From the IMG/VR virus record IMGVR_UViG_3300031760_004865, positions 1-64,000 of that record: DNA of 64,000 nucleotides. The stretch is one strand, 5' to 3'. The first letter of the stretch is position 1; every line of letters starts with the position of its first letter. This stretch comes from a virus (lineage: Duplodnaviria > Caudoviricetes). Positions 27,615 through 38,664 of this stretch are shown here, in pieces. A program made the position numbers and the translations under genes. The notes under the pieces are model-generated. The model was not told where the DNA came from, searched no databases, and worked only from the letters and a program-made list of their open reading frames with translations.

Positions 27615-28394
27615 TCAAGTCGCAGGTGCTAATAATTGCTCGATAGCATCCCCCGACGCAGCTAAATGAAGTGATCGAGAACAAATCTTACAAACACCAC
27701 TGCGTTGGCATTTTTGCTGGCATTGAAGGCGTATTTTAGCAAACTCATCGGGCAGTAATCTTCCAAGAGAAGCAGAAGTTAGATTGCCGATGAGGACATC
27801 TACACGGGTGCGCCATTCCTTCTGTTCCATATATATCTCATACATTGTTTTTTGATCGCAGTTATGAAATTCTATTGTTGAGATATATGGTTCATAATAT
27901 TTTAGGTGCTGCGGCAATATCCAAGTGCCGGTAACGCCAAGGTCGTTATGCGGCAAACCATCTTCATATGCGATATTAGGGGCGTGCCGAATTTGTATTC
28001 TGGTTCCGCGCAAACGTTCAAAGACATTTTGAATGTCAAAGAATAGACCGGCGCCGAGAATGATATATTTTGGATGTAGATTTACAAAACCATTTAATTG
28101 ATAATAACTTTCAACGGGCACGGGAGAATACCAATCAATTTCATTTTCACGAGCGTATTTAATATTTGTAAGGTCGTATAGAGTAAGAATAAAGTTGTTT
28201 TCGGTAAGGACTTTATAGTTTTTCATTTCAGTCCAATTTAATTCTGTTGCTCCGTTTGTATCAAGAATAATTGTCTTTTTATATGCTTTATATAAATCAG
28301 GAATGATTTTTCTATCTTTATATTCAACTTTCAATTCATCTGCCTTCATATACAAGTCGTGATTTGTGGCAGACACTTCAATACATGCTTTCAT
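27615..28394 (-). CDS. Peptidase U32-like TIM-barrel protein
   Basis: Family resemblance; C-terminal CQQKC...CKIC cluster. Confidence 0.5.
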   Translation of the reverse strand: MKACIEVSATNHDLYMKADELKVEYKDRKIIPDLYKAYKKTIILDTNGATELNWTEMKNYKVLTENNFILTLYDLTNIKYARENEIDWYSPVPVESYYQLNGFVNLHPKYIILGAGLFFDIQNVFERLRGTRIQIRHAPNIAYEDGLPHNDLGVTGTWILPQHLKYYEPYISTIEFHNCDQKTMYEIYMEQKEWRTRVDVLIGNLTSASLGRLLPDEFAKIRLQCQQKCQRSGVCKICSRSLHLAASGDAIEQLLAPAT

Positions 28395-28497
28395 CTTTTT
28401 CTCCTTTTGGAAATAACAATAAGAAGAGAGAAAAATCCCTCTTCTTATTCTCTTTATTTAGTTTTGAAAGAAAGGGAAGGAGAAGGGCTTATGCCCC

Positions 28498-28968
28498 TCA
28501 GCCTTCTGCTTCGGCCTTTTCGCCGTCTTCGGCTTCGTCGAAGAGCTTATAGACCTTAGCCGTGCGGGACTTTCCTTCCTCGTCTTTGAAACGAGCGTCC
28601 TTCTTCACAGCAATGCCCTCATCGACAAGGACACGCAGGCGATATGCCACCTTGGAAGCAGTCACCTCGGCAATGCCGGAGTTGGAGACATCTTCCGTGA
28701 TGTCGGCGATAGTAGCCCAGTCATAGGACAGAGCAGCCTTTACCTCATCATAGAGCGGGTCTTTCTTCTTCTTCTCGGCCTTACGCTCCTTGGCCTTCTC
28801 AGCTTTCTTGTCGAGAAGATTGATTTCATTCTCGGCAAAAGCCTTGAGGTCGTTGTCAAAGAGTTCTACGACGTTCTCACCATCGCGGAATTCAAGGTTT
28901 CCACCGTTAGCAAAGTTGATAAGGGCTTCATAGATGTTGCGCTTCGTAATCTTCTTCATCATAATCAT
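28498..28968 (-). CDS. Coiled-coil + winged-HTH DNA-binding protein
   Basis: Lys-rich helix then TIADITED...TASKVAYRLRVLVDEG; paralogues at 38254-38664 and 41516-41914. Confidence 0.6.
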   Translation of the reverse strand: MIMMKKITKRNIYEALINFANGGNLEFRDGENVVELFDNDLKAFAENEINLLDKKAEKAKERKAEKKKKDPLYDEVKAALSYDWATIADITEDVSNSGIAEVTASKVAYRLRVLVDEGIAVKKDARFKDEEGKSRTAKVYKLFDEAEDGEKAEAEG

Positions 28969-29276
28969 TACCTCTTTCTTTTTATTTGTTTGTTTCTTTG
29001 TTTCTGTAATTATTATATCAAATTTTTTTTAGAAAATCAAATCAGCCGTTCTTTTTGCTATTGGTGAGTTTTTTCTTTCTTTCTTTACTGTATAATTATT
29101 ATAACAAAATTTTTTTGAAAAATCAAATTAGCAATTTTTTTGTTTTGTAGAAAATGAAAACTTTATTTTCATTTTCTACAATTATTATATCAAAAATTTT
29201 TTAAAAAAGCAACTCTGTGTTTGGAGTAATACTCTCTTGCCATTTTTTCAAGAACTTCGGAGTAAGAAAGTGGGGC

Positions 29277-30920
29277 CTATCCCACTTTCTTAACTTCCTC
29301 AAATTTTTTAAGTTCTTCAAGGCACTCGGTATAATTGTTATTTCTGAGATACCAAGCCATTTCATCTAAACCGCGTTCGTTTAGCATAGTAACATCAATC
29401 GTAGTATAATCTTTGTCTGCCTGATACCAAATATCATCTTTATACTCTTCTTTGATATTTGAGCGAACAAATTCAGGAAGATAGACTAATCCTACTTCTA
29501 TCCGATGCTCTCCAAGAGTGAAAACAACATCAGTGCCGTCGTCTAAGTAGTGGTAAATTCCAGAAAAAGAGTCGCAGAAACTTACCTGAGAGAAACAATT
29601 ATAGCAGTAAGGTGTATCATCAATCCAGTAAGCATCATCTACGTGTATGATTTCGCCACACTCTTCACAGTATACATAGTCGTTATCTAATCCGGCACAC
29701 CTCATACAGCTTAAATTTTCTTCACAAGAAAACATCTGAGCGTCTTCGGAAGTAAAGAGTTCGCCGCAGGTCATACATTCACTTTTGCCCGAATAGCAAA
29801 AAGTAAAGTTATGTGTGTCGTAATCGTTATATTCTTCTTTAAGAGCAATAAAGTGTGTGGCAGAGCTGAAATCATTATACATACGATAAGTATGAGGATT
29901 AATTCTAATTTTAGCGTTGTTAATGAATTCAGTTCTATACGGGACAAAAGTTACAGGTTCAATATATTTGTTTTCTTTATCCAGATTTGCGAGATATTTG
30001 ACTGAAAATAAAGTAATATCCTTGTGATAGTAAGGATAAGACTTGACGCTAATGATACCAGGTTCGGCAATCAAGCAAAGAGAACGCCACTTTTTAGAAT
30101 TCCAAGCAAAGTCGGGATTCATATAGTATTTGCGGTCAGATGCTTCAAGATAAACTACTACTGCGTAAGGAGAGTTCATCATCTCTACTGTGCCCGAACG
30201 GTAGCATCCTACTTCTCGCCAAGACATACAAGAAGTCCAGTCGTTGGCGTTATCACTCATTGTGAGATAGTCAAGAGGATGTATAGAAAAGCAGAGTTTC
30301 CCCTTGATTGAAGATGTATTGAGAAACTGAGAATGCCATACACAAAAAGCGTTGAAGTCATCCATAGAGCCTACTGCTTCTTCGCCATAAGATTTGATAA
30401 GCTGGCGCATTACACGAAGAGGCTTTGTGCCTTTCTGGACTCTGTATTCCCGAACGGAACCATCCGGCTTCGGCATCGGAATAGTAAATCCTTCTTCTAC
30501 GGCATTTTCTGCCAAAGTCATTGAAGAAAGAAGGTTTTCAATCTGATACCAAGGCTGTATTTTTGCTTCATAGCTTATAGAGATTTCGGAAGGGTTCTGA
30601 TACTCTTCCCAGATTTTATTCTTCTGAGCTGAAAGAAACTTCCAGAGAGACTCAGTAAATCTATAAGCGTTCTCCGGCATTTCATTCCAGCCATTGCTGA
30701 TGTCAAGAGCAACTGCGTCATCAGACTGAGAGAATTCTACATCAGTTTTAAGGATAAGCTGTTCTCCAAACAGCTTGAAAATATGAGCTTTCTGAGTATT
30801 CCATTCACGCAGGAGATATTCAGCGGAACGTTCGGTAGGTGCTTCTGCGTGGGCGTTGATATAATTGATAAAAGCGTTCTTTTCAGTTTCGGTTAACAAG
30901 CTGAATGGAGTTTTAGACAT
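29277..30920 (-). CDS. HPLDY-motif protein with Zn ribbons (may extend about 29 aa past the TAG at 29277)
   Basis: LCFSIHPLDYLTMSDNANDWTSC...WNSKKWR; CMTCG, CEECG. Confidence 0.65.
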   Translation of the reverse strand: MSKTPFSLLTETEKNAFINYINAHAEAPTERSAEYLLREWNTQKAHIFKLFGEQLILKTDVEFSQSDDAVALDISNGWNEMPENAYRFTESLWKFLSAQKNKIWEEYQNPSEISISYEAKIQPWYQIENLLSSMTLAENAVEEGFTIPMPKPDGSVREYRVQKGTKPLRVMRQLIKSYGEEAVGSMDDFNAFCVWHSQFLNTSSIKGKLCFSIHPLDYLTMSDNANDWTSCMSWREVGCYRSGTVEMMNSPYAVVVYLEASDRKYYMNPDFAWNSKKWRSLCLIAEPGIISVKSYPYYHKDITLFSVKYLANLDKENKYIEPVTFVPYRTEFINNAKIRINPHTYRMYNDFSSATHFIALKEEYNDYDTHNFTFCYSGKSECMTCGELFTSEDAQMFSCEENLSCMRCAGLDNDYVYCEECGEIIHVDDAYWIDDTPYCYNCFSQVSFCDSFSGIYHYLDDGTDVVFTLGEHRIEVGLVYLPEFVRSNIKEEYKDDIWYQADKDYTTIDVTMLNERGLDEMAWYLRNNNYTECLEELKKFEEVKKVG

Positions 30921-31094
30921 ATTGTTTTACCTCGCATTTATTTGTTTTCTTTTTTTATTGTATAAATATTATATCAAAATTTTTTTAAAAAATCAAATTG
31001 AAAAATTTTTTCCGGATATTTAACTTTCAGTGTGGTTTTAAGAAAACCAACCACAGAACTTTAGCATAGTGAAGTAGTGTGGTTGACCTAAAGT

Positions 31095-31649
31095 TTATGG
31101 TATATACAATCCATCATAATCTGTCAAAACAGGATAGCCTTGACAACATACTCTGTGAAATTCTTCAAGTCCTTTATCTCGGATTATTTCAAGTAGATAA
31201 ACAATAAGTTTTTCTGTTTCTGGATGGAAGTATCTACCTTTTCTTACTTTGTAGAAATAGTTGAGAGGTTCGTCTTGAGTCCACTTTTCATTGCTGTAAA
31301 CTTTGCCAGCACCTACCCAATCACATATCATTTCAACAACATACTGTGATGGAATTTTATTAGCTATGATTTGTCCGTTATCATTAAAATCTGTCCACCA
31401 TTCCCAATGGTGTTTATTGACTCCTTTGTGATGTAACCAAGCCATAGAATAGCCACAATCCTCTTTCTCTGCTTCAATAGGACTTCTATTGCCTTGAAAG
31501 TGCTTTGCAGAAGCAGAAAACTCAATAGGGCTAAACTTCGACAAGTCATGTACAATACCTTGCCATGTTATCCCACAGGCTTTACATTCTTGATAAACAA
31601 CCGCCTTGTGCTTGCAAACTGTTTTAAAATGTTTCCATCTTGCTCCCAT
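31095..31649 (-). CDS. HD-like DUF5662-type protein
   Basis: HK..V...HDLSKF...AWLHH...NKHHW...EMICDW. Confidence 0.65.
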   Translation of the reverse strand: MGARWKHFKTVCKHKAVVYQECKACGITWQGIVHDLSKFSPIEFSASAKHFQGNRSPIEAEKEDCGYSMAWLHHKGVNKHHWEWWTDFNDNGQIIANKIPSQYVVEMICDWVGAGKVYSNEKWTQDEPLNYFYKVRKGRYFHPETEKLIVYLLEIIRDKGLEEFHRVCCQGYPVLTDYDGLYIP

Positions 31650-31801
31650 AATTATTTCTCCTTTACACTGAAAGTAAAACAAAACCACAATAAACTTTAA
31701 ATTATACACCTATGAACTAAAAGATAAAAATATCAATCAACCACACTGAAACTTAAATTACCTTTTTTCCAAGAGAGAAACAAGAGAGGAGAGGAAAAGT
31801 C

Positions 31802-32380
31802 TTAACTTCTCCTCAGAACTCTATTGACAACGGTCTGCTTCTTGCCGCGAAAGGTTTTGTGTTCCTTCACGGTAGCCCTGATAAGGCACTCTTCATCCTC
31901 TTCAAAATTCTGTTTGAGGGACTGAGTAAACCAAGTCAGGAGATTGCCGTCTTCGGTTTCAAACTGGTGAAGGAAGGAAGTGCCGTAGTTGGAATGGATT
32001 TCCTTGATTGAAAGAACCTTGACGGTTCTTTCAATCCTTTCACCAATTTCTCCCTCAAATGACGTTTCGTCAGAAACGTCATAACGGAGAGTGTCAAGGT
32101 ATTCGGCAATTTCTTTGTCAGAGATAAGACGTTCTTCACCAGTGGCAGGAGATACATAGGAAATTTTGCTCCATTCAATTTTGAAAGGAGTGATGCCATC
32201 CGGCAGGTTCTGCGGTTCTTCCTCAGAAACAAGCGTCCAAAGAAAAGTTTTGCTGAAACGGAAGCCCATTGCTTTCAGTTCGTCCTTGACAGGATAGGTG
32301 TTGCCCTTCAGCCCCCAGATATGACCGAAGCTGGCGAAACCGAACTTTTCCTTTTCTGTCTTTTTCATCATATAGAACAC
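31802..32380 (-). CDS. Protein with C-terminal OB fold
   Basis: GEIGERIE.TVKV...YG.SFLH.F...GNLLTWFT...ATVKEHK.FRG.KQTVVNR. Confidence 0.6.
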   Translation of the reverse strand: MFYMMKKTEKEKFGFASFGHIWGLKGNTYPVKDELKAMGFRFSKTFLWTLVSEEEPQNLPDGITPFKIEWSKISYVSPATGEERLISDKEIAEYLDTLRYDVSDETSFEGEIGERIERTVKVLSIKEIHSNYGTSFLHQFETEDGNLLTWFTQSLKQNFEEDEECLIRATVKEHKTFRGKKQTVVNRVLRRS

Positions 32381-32920
32381 CTCTACTTTCTTCTTTTGGA
32401 TTTGGGTTTGTTTTTCTTTCTTTATCTTATATATATATTATACTAAAATTTTTTTAAAAAATCAAATTGAAAATCTTTTTGTCAGAGGCTTTTTGCCCTT
32501 CCAAGGACTGAAACCGAAGGTTTCAGGACTTGATTTTTCCGATTTTATATGGTATAATATAAATATGGGATAAATGGTTGTTGTTTTTTTTCTTTTTCTT
32601 TTCTTTCTTTATTGTTTGTAGAAAATGAAAACTTCGTTTTCATTTTCTACAAATATTATAACAAAAATTTTTTAAAAAAGCAAATAAAATGCCCAAGAAA
32701 TAACCAGTCTCTATAATAGATATTGGGAAAATGTTGGGCATTTTAATTGAGTAAGTAAAAGTGTTAAAAATTTTCGTTAAAAAAATCATACCCCGGAGTA
32801 AAAATGCCGATTAAGTAAAAAATGTTAAAAATTTTTGTTAATTTTTTAGTATGAGGTGTCGGGCAAAGTCTGACAAGGCAAATAAAGAATTTTTTATAAA
32901 TATTATAGGAGGTAAAATAT

Positions 32921-33070
32921 ATGTAGAAAATTACTTTTAGAGTAGATGAAGAATTATACACTCAAATTATAGAAATCGCTCAAAAAGAGGAAAGAAATAT
33001 AAGTAGCCTTGTTAGATTAGCGATTAAAGAATACCTTGAAAGGAAATAGCAGAAAAATGAAGATTTATGA
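32921..33070 (+). CDS. CopG/RHH DNA-binding protein, 49 aa under code 15 (TAG at codon 2)
   Basis: AGGAGG SD; M[Q]KITFRVDEELY..I..IA.KE.RNISSLVRLAIKEYL. Confidence 0.75.
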
Positions 33071-33818
33071 AATAAATAGAGATGATAGAAGGAGACTATC
33101 ATTGGAGATGGATTTTATGGCATATTAGACAGATGATTTATTATTAGGATGGATGCTATGTTTAGCAACAGTAGATAAAAAAAGAGAAGATTATGATAAA
33201 TGTTATTTGAGAAAAGGAACTTTTAATAAAGAGAAAAAATAGATTGCTGATATCTTAGGAATGTCAAGCAAAACGCTTACTCGGCATATGAAGGATTTAG
33301 AAGAAAAAGGATTATTAGCCGAGAGAGAAATGAAAATATCTGATGGAAAAAGTGAGATGGTTTATTGGTTTCCAGTAGAGGGTAAGTTCAAGATTATTAA
33401 TAGAGAAATGTTGTATTATTTGATTTCAACGAGAAATAAATGTGCCGTAAAAATATATTTATTTTTATTTAATAAGTATGGATATAAATTAGAAAGAAAT
33501 GAATATTTTACTTTTACAAATAAAGACCTTTTAAGAGCATTAGGTTATAGTGAAACAAGTAAAACGGCAAATGCTTTGGTTTCAAATATTATTGATGATT
33601 TAAACAAGCGTGGTATTATAGAAACTATTGATTATACTGAATTATTTACTACGCCGGAAGGAAAAGAAGTTCCTATGCCGAAGTAGAGACTATTATTTGT
33701 TGCTTATACTATTGATGATATGGAAGAAATGTATATTGAATAGGCAAGAAAAATTACTGCCGAAGAAGAGGAAAAAGAAAAGAAATAGGGTGTAGTTAGA
33801 ATTATTAAGAAAGGTTAA
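33057..33818 (+). CDS. Winged-HTH Rep-like protein, 253 aa under code 15 (5 TAG)
   Basis: K[Q]IADILGMSSKTLTRHMKDLEEKGLL and a second wHTH-like block; directly followed by tandem repeats. Confidence 0.6.
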
Positions 33819-33823
33819 TTTTT

Positions 33824-34007
33824 GAGACATTTTGACTACCAGCGTGAGGACAAAATAGCAACCAGCGATAGGACATTTTAGATACCAGCGTGATTTTGGA
33901 TGCGGGACATTTTAGATACCAGCGATAGGACAAAATAGCAACCAACCATAGGACAAAATAGCAACCATATCTAAATAGTATATAAATAGTATTCTAAATA
34001 GCTATTC
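33824..34007 (+). repeat. Six iteron-like 22-24 bp direct repeats followed by TAAATAG x3 AT-rich segment
   Basis: ggacaaaatagcaacca x3, ggacattttagataccagcg x2, plus one variant. Confidence 0.8.
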
Positions 34008-34066
34008 ACTTCTTGGCCTAATCGGCCAAGAAGATGAATAGAGGGCGCGATTTCAAAAGGAGATTG

Positions 34067-34535
34067 ATGATGACGATTGAATTAAATGAGAAAAACAGTG
34101 AATTTTTGAAAAAATTATCAAAAGCAGTTGAAAAATATTATGAAAAAGAAGATTATGACGTTTTGGTAAATATGGTGATTAGAGAATATAGGGAATATTT
34201 ACCTTTTTTATTACGATTAGCAGAGAAAGGAACCGATGGGTTTAGGTAGGCAGCGAGTTATGCGAGTAAAATTGAATGAAGAAAATAGTAGATATATTGA
34301 AAAAATGTGGGAAAGAGCAGATATTGCTCAGGAAATTGTAAGTAAAGAAAAATTGGTGAATTGGGTTATTTCTGATTTTATTGCCGTTTTGCCGATTATA
34401 TAGAAATTATCGGATAATTTTTATTTGGGATTTAATAATGTTTTTGGAACGGGGTTAGAAGGAGAAGCATTTGATTTTGCGTATTCCAGAGAAGGTTTTT
34501 TGAAAAATGGGGTAAAAAATAAAGAGGAGGGGTAA
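34067..34535 (+). other. Two small overlapping ORFs (34067-34279, 34236-34535), possible DNA-binding proteins, each with one TAG
   Basis: AAGGAG SD; related N-termini MTIELNEKNS/MRVKLNEENS. Confidence 0.45.
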
Positions 34536-35012
34536 AAATAAAAAGGGGTAAGGAACAAAAAGAAAAACCGATTTGAAAATCACGAGCGGAAACAGGCAAA
34601 AAATGAAATGAAAAACGAAGCGAAAAAATGAAAAAGGACGGTAAAAACCGTCCTTTTGAAAGAGAGGGGAACAAAAACAGAACAAAAAGTTTTCGGCTTT
34701 GTCCGTTTTTCAATTATTATGGACTAGGGTAAAATGTCCGTTTTTTTCCGGCTAGGGAAATTTGTCTGTTTTTTAAATATTTTATTTAGAATTGTAAAAA
34801 TTTGAATGGTGAAGAATTGTAAGAAATGATGAGTAAAATTATAAAAAATTGTAGGAAATGCTAAAAATTGTGAGTTGAGCCTGGCCGCCGGTCGGTGGTG
34901 GTATGGCCTATACTCATCTACCATTTGTCATCGGCAGTCAGCAAATATTCACATTTCAAGGTTCAAAAAACTTTGAAAAAATCAAAATTATTTGAGAAAA
35001 CTTATAGTTTTC

Positions 35013-35438
35013 TCAAATAAGTCCATTTTCTTTCAAAAAATCTTTGATTGCGTCTTTATCATCCTTTTTAGCTATCTTTTTAAACATATCACTATTCATA
35101 AAATCCAAAGTCTCGTTATAAGCCTTATCAAAAATATCAACAAGCTCTCCGGCAATCTCTCTTACCTTAGCATCAGCAATCTCTTCCTTCCCATCCAAGA
35201 GTTCAGGGTAATATTCGTGGAAGAAATCAATTACCTCTTCAATAAGGAATCCGAGGTCTTCAACCTTAGCTCTTTTTGTTTCGGCAGCGGCTATCTTCTT
35301 CTTTGCTTCGGCTTCCTTCTTCTTTTTCTCCTGGAGTTTCATCGCATCGTTGATAGCATTTGCGGCAGCGGCCGCGATATCATTTACATCAGTTCCACTT
35401 TCAAGCTGCTTCAAAATATCATTTACATCAAACGTCAT
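35013..35438 (-). CDS. Hypothetical coiled-coil protein
   Basis: 141 aa ORF downstream of a promoter. Confidence 0.55.
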   Translation of the reverse strand: MTFDVNDILKQLESGTDVNDIAAAAANAINDAMKLQEKKKKEAEAKKKIAAAETKRAKVEDLGFLIEEVIDFFHEYYPELLDGKEEIADAKVREIAGELVDIFDKAYNETLDFMNSDMFKKIAKKDDKDAIKDFLKENGLI

Positions 35439-35544
35439 CTTTTTCTGCGGGCCAGCCCGCAGAAAAAGCGGGAGGCCATTTTCCTTTCTTTTTTTTTATT
35501 TTCTTTTTTTTCTAATTATATTATATCAAAATTTTTTTGAAAAA

Positions 35545-35931
35545 TCAAGTATTATTATGATAAAGGTTCCATTCACTATTAGTATATATTTGAGCCAAGC
35601 TATCTCCGGCCGCTGCTCCTAATAAGGCACGACTTATTGTTTGTATATCTGGTATAAGTCTTTTATTGACAAACTCTTCTACATTTTCAGCATAGCATCC
35701 ATTATGCTTATTTCCTGTTGGAAAACAACTTCGCCATAAGTGGTCGTAGTTATCTTTTGTCAGATATACTTTATACTCTTCTTTTCGGGTCTCCGTGTCT
35801 TCCTCAGATATGCCGTAGGCAAGTCTCATTGCCTCTCTAACTAACTCAGATTTAGTCATCCCTACATCGGAACACTTCTATGAAATTTTCTCGGCAATTT
35901 CATCAGGAATAGTTATCTAAAATCTTGCCAT
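35545..35931 (-). CDS. RHH-domain protein, 128 aa under code 15 (2 TAG)
   Basis: AAGGAG SD; MARF[Q]ITIPDEIAEKIS[Q]KC...MTKSELVREAMR. Confidence 0.7.
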
Positions 35932-36790
35932 ATATACACTCCTTTCTTATTTTCTAATTATATTATACCAAAATTTTTTAGAAAAATCAACATAATATTT
36001 CCAATAGGAAAAGAACTAATGACCCGCTGCCGCGAAGCCTAAACCGACCGAAAATATCTAAGGCGGCAGCGGAATAAAAAAAATTGGCTTTCCGAGAAAA
36101 TTTTTGTGATGCGAGAGCACCATAAATTGTAGTCTATTTGCCGATTTTGTTGGCCACGTCGGCCAATGAACCGCTGCCCCGAAAAAAAATCGTTTTTTTA
36201 TATTATATCATATTTTTTTATATATGTCAAGCGGCACTCTCATTCCTTTTCCTTTTGGAACACTTACTTTGTAGGTCGCATTGCCGATTTCTTTTCTCTC
36301 TTGGAAAACTCGTCACGGGACTAAACTTTTGCTCCGTAGAACGAGTAAGAGTTAGCTTTGCGACCATAAAAACCGCTGCCGCTGCCCCAAATTTTTTCTG
36401 CGGGCAAAGCCCGCAGAGCGGTTCATTTCTTATATAAGACCGCTGCCGGCAGCGGTCTTATAAGGGAGAAGAGAAGGTGATGAAAGCATAGCTTTCATCG
36501 CATATGATACCGGCCGGTCCCCGGCCGGGGTGAGTGAGGTTTTGGGAATTTTTGGGGGAGAATAAAAAGTCCGCTGGATTGAGGAAAAAATTGCCATATG
36601 GGGCGGAGAGTCTGACGTTCGGCCCATCGCGCTCGCGCTCGGGCCGCGCGCCCTCTAACTTCTGTTAAGTATCTCTAACTTTGGTAAAAGGGCACTAACT
36701 AAAATGAAATGAAACTAACGGTCGTTAGAGACGACTAATTGCCCGGGCAGTTAGAAAAGACTAACTTTGGTTAGAAAAATAAAACGGCTG

Positions 36791-37480
36791 TTAGGCCGCC
36801 TTATTTTTCTGAACCTTTCTCCAACAAGCTGTATTTATCTGATAATATTCCATTTTGACTTTTCTTTTCACACAATTCATAAGCAGGGCGGCTTCAATCT
36901 GACAATCTTCCAAACCTTTGTGTTCTTCTTTGAAATTAGGATCATTTGTCAGATAACGGTAAGCAACTTCAGCACTTGTCTGAATATTTCCTTTTTCTGA
37001 AACAAATCCGTTTTCTGTCGCCCAATTACAAAACTTCTTTGTATTGAGTAGAGAAGAGCAAGTAGCGTGCCAAATGTCTAAAAGTTCCGTTCCGTAAGGG
37101 AAAAACCAACGAATTGCCGAACTTGTCAGATATCTTGTATCATTGTTTGTAGATCGTCTGTCAAATCCCATGTTATAAGCAAATACCCTCTTGATGTTGT
37201 AAGTTTTCATAATCTGATGAATTTCTTTTCGAATATTCAGAAAACGTTTCAGTTTGCGCTCTCCGTTCTGAATACCTTCCCAATACTGTGGAACCTTTTC
37301 CGCATAATACGCGGAACTCATCATTTCTTTATCAAGAAAGATTTCCGCAACCACAAAGGAAAATGTTTCTACAATTTCCCCTGTCTGTGTATTTAGCACC
37401 AGACCGCCAATATCATAAGGGATCGGCTGTTCCACACTATTTGTAGTTTCAGTATCAAGAACCATCACATACTTTGTCAT
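36791..37480 (-). CDS. DEDDh 3'-5' exonuclease (DnaQ-like)
   Basis: VLDTETT, AYNMGFD, EEHKGLED. Confidence 0.85.
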   Translation of the reverse strand: MTKYVMVLDTETTNSVEQPIPYDIGGLVLNTQTGEIVETFSFVVAEIFLDKEMMSSAYYAEKVPQYWEGIQNGERKLKRFLNIRKEIHQIMKTYNIKRVFAYNMGFDRRSTNNDTRYLTSSAIRWFFPYGTELLDIWHATCSSLLNTKKFCNWATENGFVSEKGNIQTSAEVAYRYLTNDPNFKEEHKGLEDCQIEAALLMNCVKRKVKMEYYQINTACWRKVQKNKAA

Positions 37481-37678
37481 TATTTTATACCCCTTTCAAT
37501 TAGGTTTTATTCGTTCCTCACAATGACTATTATAAGGGATAACCCGAAAAAAGTCAATCCCCTAAAAAAAATTTTTTTTATTAGTTGAATTTTATTTTAG
37601 TTAGATTATCCTAACTCGCCCGGCCAGTTAGAGAAATCTAACTCAAGGTAAAGAAAAAGAACGGGCGTTTGCCCGTTC

Positions 37679-38068
37679 TCATTTCTTGCGGTGTGCGGTC
37701 AGTGTGAGGGTGTAGGAAACGCCGTCCTTTACAAAGTCCAGTGTTCTTTCTTCGTTGCTGAGGATTACGCCCGAGACTTTCCCATTAAGGGCGATACCCT
37801 CAAAAAGAGTTTTGACCTGTGTCATAATCCACCGCTTGCCCTCATTGGGTTTGCGCTCACGCTTGACAGGTGCTTTCTTTTCCTTGGATTTCTCACCAGT
37901 AGAGCAAGCCTTTTTCACTGCCTTTTTCTGTTCGGCGGAAAGATCAGCCTGTGCTTCCTTGACGGTCATTCCGTCAATTTCCTCATCCTCTTTGATGATT
38001 TCAATAGCTTCCTCACGAGATACACCGAGGGATTTCATCAGTTTCTCAATCTGTTTCTCATTCATCAT
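37679..38068 (-). CDS. Hypothetical protein (paralogue of 44349-44711)
   Basis: QIEKLMK.LG.S..EA...D..ID.G shared N-terminus. Confidence 0.6.
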   Translation of the reverse strand: MMNEKQIEKLMKSLGVSREEAIEIIKEDEEIDGMTVKEAQADLSAEQKKAVKKACSTGEKSKEKKAPVKRERKPNEGKRWIMTQVKTLFEGIALNGKVSGVILSNEERTLDFVKDGVSYTLTLTAHRKK

Positions 38069-38253
38069 AGGTATTACCCCCTTTCGTTATACTTATATTA
38101 CCACATCCAACAGAAGAAATCAAGCCTGAAAATAATAAATTTTGAGCCGAATTGTCAGAAAACGGCCCGGGCGTTCGGGGCCTCTAACTCCCGTTAAGGT
38201 TCTCTAACTGTGGTTAGAAAAAAAGAACAGGGGTTTTACCCCCTGTCTTTTTC

Positions 38254-38664
38254 TCACGCCACCGCGTAGAGATTGACCTTGGACTTTTTCCCGTCGGGCA
38301 GTTCCTTGGAAACCTTGACCTTTCCTGCCTTGGTAAGCTGAGTCAGGTTGCCCGTGATGGAGTTCTTGTCCTCGTCCATCCCCTCAGCAATAGCCGCTGC
38401 GGTCATCGGTTCCGTCTTGTCAGACAGGAAGGCGAGGATTGCTTCACGCTTTTCAGCGTTTGCCACCTGATTCTTGTTCGGCTTGGACGGCTTGGACGCG
38501 TTCTTCTTTTCAATCTGAGCCTTGAGGGCAGTCAGAGTGCTGACCGCATCCGCATTTTCAGCAATGGCGTTGATAGCGATTTCCAGAGCCTGTGCGTAAG
38601 TCATAGCGTTTTTCATATTCGACACCTCATCTTTCTTTTGTGTGAGCCTTGCTTTTTGGCTCAT
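38254..38664 (-). CDS. Coiled-coil + wHTH protein
   Basis: MTYAQAL...PSKP...PMTAAAIAE...ITGNLTQLTKAG. Confidence 0.6.
   Translation of the reverse strand: MSQKARLTQKKDEVSNMKNAMTYAQALEIAINAIAENADAVSTLTALKAQIEKKNASKPSKPNKNQVANAEKREAILAFLSDKTEPMTAAAIAEGMDEDKNSITGNLTQLTKAGKVKVSKELPDGKKSKVNLYAVA

Noticed and set aside
33824-33970. CRISPR array
   Set aside because: Repeats are nearly contiguous with no unique spacers, and there are no cas genes; the GCCCGGGC family is likewise separated by whole genes
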